Shown here piece after piece: positions 30,300-39,146 of a DNA stretch of 64,000 nucleotides (positions are counted from its first letter, which is position 1; every line of letters begins with the position of its first letter). Source of the stretch: Candidatus Gottesmanbacteria bacterium (GTDB taxonomy: Bacteria; Patescibacteriota; Microgenomatia; UBA10105; UBA927); the NCBI GenBank assembly GCA_030679255.1, contig JAUXTO010000025.1, positions 8,719-72,718 on the forward strand, written 5' to 3'. Below the pieces are notes generated by a model. The model searched no databases and had not been told where the DNA came from. It was given only the letters and a program-made list of their open reading frames with translations. The position numbers and the translations under genes were made by a program.

Positions 30300-31090
30300 A
30301 CGTTTTGAAAATATGGCTTCACGCGGACGTACGCGATGTCTCCTTTCCATGCAGGCGGTAAAATGGCAAATGGAAGCTGCGGGTCATCTTTGAGGATAGA
30401 AAGAAACTGAACCACTGCCCAATGATCCACGCCATCATCGGTTTCATCAAGCCATGTTTTATATCGATCGTTGAGCGCTTCAAGGTTATAAACTCGGGAA
30501 ATCAGAGCATGGACGTCTTCTTCTCCCACCGCTCCATCTTTACCCACGTCAGAAACGATGATGGTGCCCGAAAGTCCCCGCTTTTGAACAAATGTACGGA
30601 TGAGATCAATCGGATTGTACGGTGTAATCCATACGGAATCCTGAAGCCTGCCACAACCAATGCGCTTGATGTACTCCCGCAACATATACCGATCATCAGC
30701 GCGCACCTCCGGAATATCGTAGGTGATCAGATGTAACCGTCCATCCCACACCCGGACCGCATCATACCGGGGAATTACTGAAGCTAAGCGCGCTTTTCCT
30801 GCCTCTGTAATCTTCGGCCAAGATTTGCGGCCGGTAGTCTTGGAAAGATACCCGTACCGCCGGGCGGTTATTATGGCATTTTTTATCACGTCGTAATTGA
30901 CCTCCTGCAAAAATCGATCGGCTGCTGTTATCGCGCGCCATGATTTACCATATGTACCAAACGGCATACTCAATTCCCCAAAGTACGCCATGACCCAGAG
31001 CGTCATATCCACGGCATGAGAAAATACACCCTCGGTGAGCGCTAAAGCCGCACGACTAACCACCCTAGAAATTCTTTTTTTCTTTTCCAT
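30263..31090 (-). CDS. PaaX-family protein (wHTH, Cas2-like central domain, PaaX C-terminus)
   Basis: ITEAGK, WDGRLHLITYDIPE, GRLQDSVWITP, DPQLP..ILP..W. Confidence 0.85.
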   Translation of the reverse strand: MEKKKRISRVVSRAALALTEGVFSHAVDMTLWVMAYFGELSMPFGTYGKSWRAITAADRFLQEVNYDVIKNAIITARRYGYLSKTTGRKSWPKITEAGKARLASVIPRYDAVRVWDGRLHLITYDIPEVRADDRYMLREYIKRIGCGRLQDSVWITPYNPIDLIRTFVQKRGLSGTIIVSDVGKDGAVGEEDVHALISRVYNLEALNDRYKTWLDETDDGVDHWAVVQFLSILKDDPQLPFAILPPAWKGDIAYVRVKPYFQNVANLLPTGGKLA

Positions 31091-31120
31091 ACTCCCAACC
31101 TACGACTTTTTATAAATCTT

Positions 31121-31156
31121 GTCAATTTTCCTCCGGTCGAGAGTAAATTAGCATGA
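31121..31156. repeat. Palindromic direct repeat 2 (upstream of the PaaX-like gene)
   Basis: AATTTTCCTCCGGTCGAGAGTAAATTAGCA. Confidence 0.85.
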
Positions 31157-31409
31157 TTTATAAAAGAACTACTACAGGCTTGACAAACTCTCTCTCTCTC
31201 TGTAAAATCCTCACTATAGGTCATACAAGCCCCGCTCTTTGCTGCGGATTTTTTGTTGATCTACCAGTCTTATTTGCACTTTGACAGGTTGCGGAAAGTT
31301 GAGCTCTTTTCAAAGGGCGAAATCCTGAGCTGAACCGAAGGAACGCTCCTCTTCTTTCCATTGGATAGCGTTTTTGGCATGCATTACTCGTGCCTGATAC
31401 GCTATCGCA

Positions 31410-31808
31410 ATGGAGATAGAAAAAATAAAAGTAAGCTTAAAAAAGGAGATTGCAATGAAACCAGGAACACAAGAAGCAACGGAATACGCACGAATCTACA
31501 ATATCGAACCACAAAAGGAAGAAGAGGCGGATGCTGACTTTCGCGGTCGCGTCTCAGGCGTTCTACGAGATCGAAATTTGATCATCGAAGCGCACGAAGC
31601 GTTCAACAATGAACGCTTTGACCAAAGCGACGATGTCATGACCGGCATCATGGGCGCAATGGCGCAAAAGTTGCAGAACGCTGACTACGGATCCGAAGGC
31701 GAACGGCAAGTCGATGATGACTTTGCCGCGGGCATCGTTGTCCAAGCGCCAAAAAAGGATGCCAGCATGGCACTCCTTTCGCTCATGCTCTTTGGAGACA
31801 AACGATAA
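31410..31808 (+). CDS. Hypothetical protein
   Basis: ORF; second ATG at 31455 has an AAGGAG SD. Confidence 0.55.
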   Translation: MEIEKIKVSLKKEIAMKPGTQEATEYARIYNIEPQKEEEADADFRGRVSGVLRDRNLIIEAHEAFNNERFDQSDDVMTGIMGAMAQKLQNADYGSEGERQVDDDFAAGIVVQAPKKDASMALLSLMLFGDKR

Positions 31809-31830
31809 CAATTTTCCGCACCACCGTGCA

Positions 31831-31906
31831 AAACCCCCGACGAATTTCATTTGACTGACGCATATTTTGTGTCGACAACAGTCAAGTGACGTTCCCGGGG
31901 GTTTTT
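31831..31906 (+). terminator. Long hairpin with T-tract
   Basis: AAACCCCCG...TTGACTG...CAGTCAA...CGGGGGTTTTT. Confidence 0.6.
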
Positions 31907-31917
31907 ATTTATCCCCA

Positions 31918-32142
31918 TTACAACAGCTTCTGCAGGTCTTTTGGCATAAGATTAATATCAGTCAGAATGGATCGAAGTAATCCTCTGCCAATGTCACGGC
32001 CTGAGTGAAACGGTACGACCGTTGTCCGGCCGTCTGCATGCTTAAAAAAGAAATGGCTTCCTTCTTGGCGAATATTTATAAACCCTACGCGCTTCAATAT
32101 TTTTATCAGTTTTCGGGCCGTAAGCGTCGGCAATTGGGTCAT
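31918..32142 (-). CDS. hicA: HicA family toxin
   Basis: GF...RQEGSH..F.H.DGR.TVVP.H. Confidence 0.9.
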   Translation of the reverse strand: MTQLPTLTARKLIKILKRVGFINIRQEGSHFFFKHADGRTTVVPFHSGRDIGRGLLRSILTDINLMPKDLQKLL

Positions 32143-32405
32143 ATGAATTGCGGTGCGGGGACAAATACATCGCGGATACCCACAAAACCAGATGCGTTCT
32201 TATGGGGAAAATCTATGCTGTCGCGATACTGTTGATCATTTTGTGCAACATCAAGACAGAGGCTAATTGCTTCCTCTATGTGCTCTACTGCTTCTTCGTA
32301 CGTATTTCCTTGACTATGACATCCGGGGATGGCCGGACAATCCGCAACGAACACACCATCTTCATCCTGCGTCATAATAACCTTAAAATTTAAGATATTT
32401 GTCAT
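32139..32405 (-). CDS. hicB: HicB family antitoxin (short)
   Basis: DEDGVFVA.CP.IPGCHSQG.T.EEA. Confidence 0.9.
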   Translation of the reverse strand: MTNILNFKVIMTQDEDGVFVADCPAIPGCHSQGNTYEEAVEHIEEAISLCLDVAQNDQQYRDSIDFPHKNASGFVGIRDVFVPAPQFI

Positions 32406-32482
32406 AGATATATACTCCTCAAGGCATTGTATCATGCAACTACTCCGTTGACAAAATAACTATCTGGGCCTACCATGATCAC

Positions 32483-33343
32483 ATGACGACAAATTCATCT
32501 TCAAGCGGTATTTTATCATCTCTTACTTCATCGTTCCGTCTGATTAAAACAATCGCCCTTATCATCTTCGGTCTGTTCATCTTCCGTTCAACGCTCATCT
32601 TTGTCCCTGCCGGACACGTGGGCGTTGTCTACGACAGCGGTCGGGGCGTCCTTCCGCAATCGATGAAGGAAGGCCTCAATTTCGCAATCCCCCTCTGGCA
32701 AAAGATCACACTCTTTGATACCCGGCTCCAGGAATACACCATGTCTGCGTCGCCGGACGAAGGAGCGCTCCGGCGCGATGATTCTCTTGACGCGCCGACC
32801 AGCGACGGACAAACCGTCAAGGTAGACGCGACCGTCCTTTTCAAAGTCAACGGCGAGAAAGCACCGGAGATCCTGAAAACAATCGGTGAAGATTATGTGG
32901 ACAAGATTATCCGTCCCTTTAGCCGGAGCCAAATCCGCATGGTCATCAGCCGCTATACCGCTCCTGCTATTTACTCCGAGAAACGCCAGGAAGCGGAAAC
33001 CACGATGACCAAGGAGCTCGGCGACATGTTGGAAGGGAAATACTTGATTTTGGATAAAGTATTGCTTCGTGCAGTATATTTTTCCCCGGAGTACTCCAAG
33101 GCAATCGAGCAAAAAGTCGTCGCCGGGGAGCGCGTCAAGCAGGCAGAATATGAAGTGAAGGAGGCGACCCAACGGGCCCAGGCAAAGATAGCCGAAGCCA
33201 AAGGACTGGCCGAAGCACAAGCACTCCAAAAAGCATCACTCACTGCGGAATATCTACAACTGGAAGCCATCAAAAAGTGGGATGGGAAACTCCCCCAGGT
33301 GACCGGGGGTTCCTCACCATTCATCAATATTCCTTTGAAGTAA
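32483..33343 (+). CDS. Prohibitin/SPFH domain protein
   Basis: VPAGHVGV, EGLNF..P, AIEQK, WDGKLPQV. Confidence 0.9.
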   Translation: MTTNSSSSGILSSLTSSFRLIKTIALIIFGLFIFRSTLIFVPAGHVGVVYDSGRGVLPQSMKEGLNFAIPLWQKITLFDTRLQEYTMSASPDEGALRRDDSLDAPTSDGQTVKVDATVLFKVNGEKAPEILKTIGEDYVDKIIRPFSRSQIRMVISRYTAPAIYSEKRQEAETTMTKELGDMLEGKYLILDKVLLRAVYFSPEYSKAIEQKVVAGERVKQAEYEVKEATQRAQAKIAEAKGLAEAQALQKASLTAEYLQLEAIKKWDGKLPQVTGGSSPFINIPLK

Positions 33344-33841
33344 TTAGTCTTGTCGTACGTTTCTTCCGACTTCGGTCGTATTCTTTTTGGCTTTCATGCC
33401 GTACAGGTCCCCGCGCTTACGTTTGGATGAGACGGCGGCAAGTTGTTGCGTGCTTGCTTGTTTCTGCTGCTGTTTAGCAAGTTCTTTCTTTTGTTCGGCT
33501 TCCTGCACTTGCCTCTCCCACACGCCCGGCTCTTTCTGCTTTTGCCCGCCCCCCGCAAGTTGAGCAAGTGCCGCGCGGGCAACTGCTTGCTTAGCTTGTT
33601 GGTCTTTGGCTGCTTTCATCGGGTCAAGCGGTCCTTTTTCCCCGCTCTTTTGGTCTTGTCCAGCGGAGCTGGATCCCGCTCTGCGGGATTGCTGTGGCTT
33701 TTTACCCGATGATACCCCCAAGCTCTCCATTGCTTTCCCCACGACATCCTTGGGGACGGCAACCGCCTCGCGGATAATATTTTTCCCAAGCTCCCCAAGC
33801 TCATCCGTAAATGCCCCGATCATGCTTCCAGGGTTAGGCAT
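33344..33841 (-). CDS. Hypothetical low-complexity protein
   Basis: Q/K-rich ORF downstream of the DUF59 gene. Confidence 0.55.
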   Translation of the reverse strand: MPNPGSMIGAFTDELGELGKNIIREAVAVPKDVVGKAMESLGVSSGKKPQQSRRAGSSSAGQDQKSGEKGPLDPMKAAKDQQAKQAVARAALAQLAGGGQKQKEPGVWERQVQEAEQKKELAKQQQKQASTQQLAAVSSKRKRGDLYGMKAKKNTTEVGRNVRQD

Positions 33842-33856
33842 AGTATTATTCGTTCA

Positions 33857-33934
33857 TGTCACTCCCGCGAAGGCGGGAGTCCAGAATTTTCTTGAATTGT
33901 TTAACACTGGATCCCCGCGTACGCGGGGATGACA
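33857..33934. repeat. Intergenic GTCAYYCC-type palindrome doublet
   Basis: TGTCACTCCCGCGAAGGCGGGAGTCCAG...CTGGATCCCCGCGTACGCGGGGATGACA. Confidence 0.85.
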
Positions 33935-33945
33935 ACACTAAATCT

Positions 33946-34248
33946 TCAAAATCCAAGTTGTGCCTTCGCTTCCTCCGTCATACGGTCCATACTCCACGGC
34001 GGCTCAAACGTAAGTTCTACTTCCACACGTTTGACGCCTTTCAATTTCCCAACCTCCTCGCGGATCGGGCCGGCAATCAAGTCAAAGAGCGGGCATCCGA
34101 TGGTCGTGAGCGTCATGAGAATCCGGATCGTGCCCACCTTTTTGTCTATCCCAATCTCATAAATGAGCCCCAGGTCCCAAAGCGACACCCCTATTTCTGG
34201 GTCCGGAATGGTCTTCAAAATTTTTTCTACTTGTTTTTGGGTAATCAT
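33946..34248 (-). CDS. DUF59/SufT-like metal-sulfur cluster protein
   Basis: DPEIGVS..DLGLIY, MTLTTIGCP, FEPPW. Confidence 0.9.
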   Translation of the reverse strand: MITQKQVEKILKTIPDPEIGVSLWDLGLIYEIGIDKKVGTIRILMTLTTIGCPLFDLIAGPIREEVGKLKGVKRVEVELTFEPPWSMDRMTEEAKAQLGF

Positions 34249-34254
34249 ACAGAA

Positions 34255-34385
34255 TAAGCACCAAGCATCAAATCACAAATTCCAAACAAATTCCAATATC
34301 AAAATTCTAAATTCTAAACGTTTTGAACATTGGTGCTTAAAACCTTGATATTGTTTGTAATTTGGTGCTTGTGATTTGGTGCTTA
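34255..34385. repeat. Inverted arms of 7-mer repeats
   Basis: TAAGCACCAAGCATCAAATCACAAATTCCAAAC versus GTTTGTAATTTGGTGCTTGTGATTTGGTGCTTA. Confidence 0.85.
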
Positions 34386-35036
34386 ATATTCCCTTCTCCC
34401 TTCCAACGCCCGAGACAAGGTAACTTCATCAGCATACTCGATATCCGCCCCGACCGGCAGACCACGGGCAAGCCGGGTAATATTGAGCTTGGCTGGTGGC
34501 TGACCCGCTTCGCCGGAGCTTGAGCGAGGCGAGTAGCTGATGGCTGAAAGCTGTTTTTGTAAATACATCGCCGTTGCTTCCCCTTCCATGTTCGGGTTCG
34601 TCGCAAGAATAATTTCCTTAATTCCTACGTCCTGAGTCCTCAGTCTTTTCAAAAGGTCCGCAATATAAATCTCGTCCGGTCCGATATTATTGAGTGGATC
34701 AAGCGATCCATGGAGGACATGATACAGGCCTTTATACTTTCCTGTTTTTTCAAACGCTAAGACATCCGTGGGCTGTTCAACAACACATATGATAGATGGA
34801 TCCCGCGTCGCATCGCTACAAATGCTACAAGGATCCGACTCCGCGACATTTTTGCATACTGAACACAAAACGGTGTTTAATCGAAGAGTCCGTAAGTTTT
34901 CCCCAAAACTCTCGAGCTCACTTTGCGGGACATGCAAAAGATAAAACGCAAGCCTCGTCGCCGACTTCGGCCCGATACCGGGCAGCTTTTGAAACGATTC
35001 GATGAGACGCGAGAGAGCTTTGGGTAGAAGTGCCAT
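34383..35036 (-). CDS. recR: Recombination protein RecR
   Basis: LPGIGPKSA.RLA, C4 zinc finger, ILATNPNMEGEAT. Confidence 0.95.
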   Translation of the reverse strand: MALLPKALSRLIESFQKLPGIGPKSATRLAFYLLHVPQSELESFGENLRTLRLNTVLCSVCKNVAESDPCSICSDATRDPSIICVVEQPTDVLAFEKTGKYKGLYHVLHGSLDPLNNIGPDEIYIADLLKRLRTQDVGIKEIILATNPNMEGEATAMYLQKQLSAISYSPRSSSGEAGQPPAKLNITRLARGLPVGADIEYADEVTLSRALEGRREY

Positions 35037-35045
35037 ACTGCGATT

Positions 35046-35960
35046 TTACTTGATCATTGAAGCAATAGCATCCGCGATAAGTGGCGCGACAGAAATAAAT
35101 CGAAGCTTGGGAAACAATTTTTCTTTCGGCAATTGGATCGTATCCGATACGATAAGCGTATCAATGGGAGCCGTGGATAGTTTCTCCTTTGCCTCCCCGG
35201 CAAACACCGCATGAGAAGCAAGGACCGTGACGCTTGCGGTTCCGGCCTCTTTGAGAGACTCAGCGCTGTGAGCAATTGTTCCGCCGGTTGAGATGACATC
35301 ATCGATGATGACCGCGTCCATTCCTTTTACATTTCCAATGATTTCAAATGATTCGCTGGTATCATGCCGGTCCAAAAACCGCTTTTTTTCCATGACGACC
35401 ATGGGAACATCGAGCGCATAGGCCAGATTTCTCGCCCGTTTGACCCCGCCCACATCCGGAGATACCACGACCGGGCGGGCGAGCGATAATTTTTTGACTT
35501 CCTCGGTTAATACGTCCATGGCCGTCACATGACTCACAGGAATTTGAAAAAACCCGACGATCGCATCGTTGTGAAGATCAACCGTGATCACCTCTTTGTA
35601 CTTGCTCACCTCGATAAACTTGGCTATCACCCGCGCACTGACCGGTTCTCCAATTCGATGTTGCTTATCCTGACGGGCGTATCCCATATAAGGAATGACG
35701 GCAATCATATTGCGTGGTGCACTCCGCCTGATCGCATCCCCCATAAGGGAAAGCTCCATGACGTGCTCATCCATGGGGTACGAGAGCGATTGAATAACAA
35801 ATACTGTTTTATCCCGGACATCTTCCTGGATCCATGGGCGCAGTTCGCCATCGGCAAACCTGCTTAAATCCACCTTCCCGAGGGTCGTGTGGAGGAGTTT
35901 GGCCACTGCTTGAGCCAGAGGAATATTGCTCGAGCCGGAGAAGAGAAGAAAATCCTTCAT
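35046..35960 (-). CDS. prs: Ribose-phosphate pyrophosphokinase
   Basis: FADGE, PYMGYARQD, SPDVGG, IIDDVISTGGT. Confidence 0.95.
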   Translation of the reverse strand: MKDFLLFSGSSNIPLAQAVAKLLHTTLGKVDLSRFADGELRPWIQEDVRDKTVFVIQSLSYPMDEHVMELSLMGDAIRRSAPRNMIAVIPYMGYARQDKQHRIGEPVSARVIAKFIEVSKYKEVITVDLHNDAIVGFFQIPVSHVTAMDVLTEEVKKLSLARPVVVSPDVGGVKRARNLAYALDVPMVVMEKKRFLDRHDTSESFEIIGNVKGMDAVIIDDVISTGGTIAHSAESLKEAGTASVTVLASHAVFAGEAKEKLSTAPIDTLIVSDTIQLPKEKLFPKLRFISVAPLIADAIASMIK

Positions 35961-35965
35961 TACAA

Positions 35966-36682
35966 TTATCCTAACAAAGTTAGTACCCGCTCGTCCATGA
36001 GGGAATCCACGACCAGATCGGCGCCTTCCTTAACCAAATCATCATGCCCATGAGTCATTCCAGTTGCGACCCCGATGGTTGTCGCTCCCACATGCTTCCC
36101 GCATCGGATATCGTAAATTGTATCTCCAATGATGACCACGTCGCGCGGCACGAAGGATTGGGCAAAATACTTCGTGGCTTTGGCAACGGCGTGACGGGCG
36201 AGCTCATTCCTGTCGTTTACATCATCAGCAAATGCACCAAAAGAAAAATACTCCCGCATGCCGGCGTGATCGAGCTTAAACCATGCGTTGATTTCAATGT
36301 TTCCCGTGATAAGTCCCAAGGCATGATCGTTCTTCGTATACAGAAGTTGCACGAGCTCAAGCGCTGCAGGATGCGCATGGTACAGTATTTCACCGCTTTC
36401 TACAGACGCTTTTAGCGTGTCATGGAACACCTGTCGGGCTTTGGAAAAGTGAGCATCAAATACTGTGTCATCCGTGACCCCTGCATCGCGGGCAATCGAG
36501 CGCAATACATTCCGATCGACCCCTCCGTTGTAGCGGTGTGTTTCGATTTGAAAATCTACTTCTTTGCCGTATACCTCTTTTATCACCTTGCCGATGCGGT
36601 GTTTCCAGTGTTGGACACTGTTACTCGTCGTCTGGACGAGCGTCCCGTCGATGTCAAAGAGGATAAGTTTGTTCTTCTTCAT
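35966..36682 (-). CDS. HAD family hydrolase
   Basis: FDIDGTL, LITGN, IGDT..DI. Confidence 0.9.
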   Translation of the reverse strand: MKKNKLILFDIDGTLVQTTSNSVQHWKHRIGKVIKEVYGKEVDFQIETHRYNGGVDRNVLRSIARDAGVTDDTVFDAHFSKARQVFHDTLKASVESGEILYHAHPAALELVQLLYTKNDHALGLITGNIEINAWFKLDHAGMREYFSFGAFADDVNDRNELARHAVAKATKYFAQSFVPRDVVIIGDTIYDIRCGKHVGATTIGVATGMTHGHDDLVKEGADLVVDSLMDERVLTLLG

Positions 36683-37896
36683 GGGTGGTACGCGTTGAGT
36701 GCTTTTGTGAGGATATCGATGCATCGGATGATATCGGGGATGGATAACACGTAGGCAATACGGACTTCGTTTTTTCCTTTACCAGGTGTTGCATAAAACC
36801 CCGCAGCGGGAGCCACCATGACGGTTTCGGCCTGTCCTGATCCGTCAGCTGACGGAGAAGGATCTCGAAAATCCGTAAGGAGCCACTGACAAAAATGCTC
36901 GGCATCCTCAACCGGCAGTCCCACGATTGCGTAAAATGCGCCCTCAGGTTTGGGGATGGTGACACCCGGAATATGACGCAATCCTTCGTATAATACGTCC
37001 CGACGTTTTTCATATTCATCATGGACTTCTTGAAAGTACGACACCGGCACCTTCGTGAGTTTAGCAGCCATCAACTGGTCGATGAGCCCCGCCGAAAGCC
37101 TACCTTGCCCGATCCGTAAGACGCCTGCCATAATATCTTGATTGAGCGAGATGAGCGCTCCGATTCGCGCTCCACAGACGCTGTAGCGCTTCGACAGACT
37201 ATCCAGAACTATCGCGTGCTCAGGAATTTCCTGCATAAAGGAAAGAAGGGACACCTGACGGGCGCCATCATAGGTAAATTCCCGATATACTTCATCGGAG
37301 AGAAGAAACAGTCCATGCTTTTTTGCGAGCGCCACGAGTGTTTCTATTTCGCTTTTTGAATACACGGTGCCCGTCGGATTGTTGGGATTGCAATAAAGAA
37401 TAGCTTTCGTCTTTTTCGTAATCTTGCCCTCTATCACCGATTGCGCCGGCAAATGAAATCCGTCAGATAAATTCGTTGGGATTGGTACTAATTGCACACC
37501 ATTGACCGCCGCGTACGTATTGTAGTTGGCATAAAACGGCTCAAAGACGATGATCTCGTCACCCGGATCGGCAACGGCAAAAAGCGCCCAGGAAATTGCC
37601 TCGGATCCTCCGATGGTCACCTGGAGATGTGATGTATCGAGAAATATCGCCCCAAGTCCGTGGTAATAAATTTTTAATGATTCTAAAAGACTCGGCTCTC
37701 CCTGGGACTGACTATACCCCACGGGATTACGGTCCCAATCCCGTAGAACCTGGAGCATCACCTCCGGCGTTTTGATGTCCGGGTCGCCAATATTAAAATG
37801 GTACACCTTCACCCCTGCTTTCTTTGCCGCCGTGGCGTACGGCACGAGTTTACGGATAGGAGAGGCGGGAACGCTCGATAGTCTTTGAGATGTCAT
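36679..37896 (-). CDS. Class I/II PLP-dependent aminotransferase
   Basis: NIGDPD, NPNNPTG, SDEVY, SLSKRYSVCGARIG. Confidence 0.92.
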   Translation of the reverse strand: MTSQRLSSVPASPIRKLVPYATAAKKAGVKVYHFNIGDPDIKTPEVMLQVLRDWDRNPVGYSQSQGEPSLLESLKIYYHGLGAIFLDTSHLQVTIGGSEAISWALFAVADPGDEIIVFEPFYANYNTYAAVNGVQLVPIPTNLSDGFHLPAQSVIEGKITKKTKAILYCNPNNPTGTVYSKSEIETLVALAKKHGLFLLSDEVYREFTYDGARQVSLLSFMQEIPEHAIVLDSLSKRYSVCGARIGALISLNQDIMAGVLRIGQGRLSAGLIDQLMAAKLTKVPVSYFQEVHDEYEKRRDVLYEGLRHIPGVTIPKPEGAFYAIVGLPVEDAEHFCQWLLTDFRDPSPSADGSGQAETVMVAPAAGFYATPGKGKNEVRIAYVLSIPDIIRCIDILTKALNAYHP

Positions 37897-37963
37897 AGAT
37901 AGGAATACTAGTGTAGTCGATTCCGGCGATTTTTTCACGCGCTATGTTATACTCGATTTTCAT

Positions 37964-38176
37964 ATGTCCCCTGAAATTTCGTGTAAAGATTGTATTCACT
38001 TTGATCGTAGGGACTCGGATACAAATTTTGTTTCCCCTGATGGTCGAAAAGGATTTTGCAGAATAAACAACGGATTATTATTAGGAGAAAGGGATGAAGA
38101 TAGTATTTGTCCTCCTCATCAACAGCTGTATTTTATTTCTGTAAAATCAATATTTTCAAACACGACGCCAGAATAA
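37964..38176 (+). CDS. Small Cys-containing hypothetical protein
   Basis: CKDCIHF, GFC; TATACT upstream. Confidence 0.5.
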   Translation: MSPEISCKDCIHFDRRDSDTNFVSPDGRKGFCRINNGLLLGERDEDSICPPHQQLYFISVKSIFSNTTPE

Positions 38177-38198
38177 ATGCGGTAATGTTTAATGGCAA

Positions 38199-39071
38199 CT
38201 ATAACTTCAGGCTTTTGAGGTAGTCGCGGAAGTCGCCATTCAAGTCTTTGTGCTGGAGGGCAAATTCGACGACAGTTTTAAGGTATTCAAGCTTGTTGCC
38301 AGTATCAAAATACTTACCATCTTTTATCTCGCAGGCGTATACCGGACGAGTTTTCATAAGCTGACGGATCGCATCGGTAAGCCAGATCTCATCACTTTTA
38401 CCCGGCTTGAGAGACTCGAGGAGCGGAAATATATCCGGAGTCAGCACATAACATCCATGGGCGGCTAGATTACTGGGAGCTTCCTCCGAGGTCGGTTTTT
38501 CGATAAGGCGCTTAATCTGCCAAATATTCTTTTCGATATTATTTGCGTCTACTATACCATAGCGAGACACGTCTCCCTTCGGTACCCGCACGGCAGAGAT
38601 CACCGGATCACCGTATTTTTCAAACACGTCTATACACTGACGCGTACGAGGTGGCGTGCTATAGATGAACTCGTCTCCCCAGATAGCCACAAACGGCTCG
38701 TTGCCGATTACTGGTTTGGCGCAGAGTACCGGCGTCCCGTTACCGTACGGTCCTTTTTGACGAACATAGATAAAGTTAGCAAGCGATGAGGTACGTTTGA
38801 CTTCTTCCAAAAGCTTTTCTTTCTTTTGCTGTTCGAGCATTTTGATGAGTTCAAAAGGATAGTCAAAGTGATCCTCGATGGATCGTTTGTGCCAACCCGT
38901 CACGATGACGATGTCCGTAATCCCGCTTGCAACTAATTCCTCAACCACATACTGGATGACGGGCTTATCGACGATCGGCAACATTTCCTTAGGCATGGCC
39001 TTCGTCTGCGGAAGAAAACGGGTACCAAACCCAGCGGCGGGTATGACTGCTTTATGAATTTTTGTAGACAT
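38199..39071 (-). CDS. galU: UTP--glucose-1-phosphate uridylyltransferase
   Basis: KAVIPAAGFGTRFLP.TKA.PKEMLP. Confidence 0.95.
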   Translation of the reverse strand: MSTKIHKAVIPAAGFGTRFLPQTKAMPKEMLPIVDKPVIQYVVEELVASGITDIVIVTGWHKRSIEDHFDYPFELIKMLEQQKKEKLLEEVKRTSSLANFIYVRQKGPYGNGTPVLCAKPVIGNEPFVAIWGDEFIYSTPPRTRQCIDVFEKYGDPVISAVRVPKGDVSRYGIVDANNIEKNIWQIKRLIEKPTSEEAPSNLAAHGCYVLTPDIFPLLESLKPGKSDEIWLTDAIRQLMKTRPVYACEIKDGKYFDTGNKLEYLKTVVEFALQHKDLNGDFRDYLKSLKL

Positions 39072-39146
39072 AAATACTTAATTACCGTGCTTTCTATTCT
39101 ATCCGTGCTGTATTCTGTTTGTCAATTTGGTAGTATGGAAAGAGTC

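Noticed and set aside
30263-31156. CRISPR-Cas (Cas2-like YDI motif plus repeats)
   Set aside because: Only two repeats about 850 bp apart, no spacers, no cas1 or effector.
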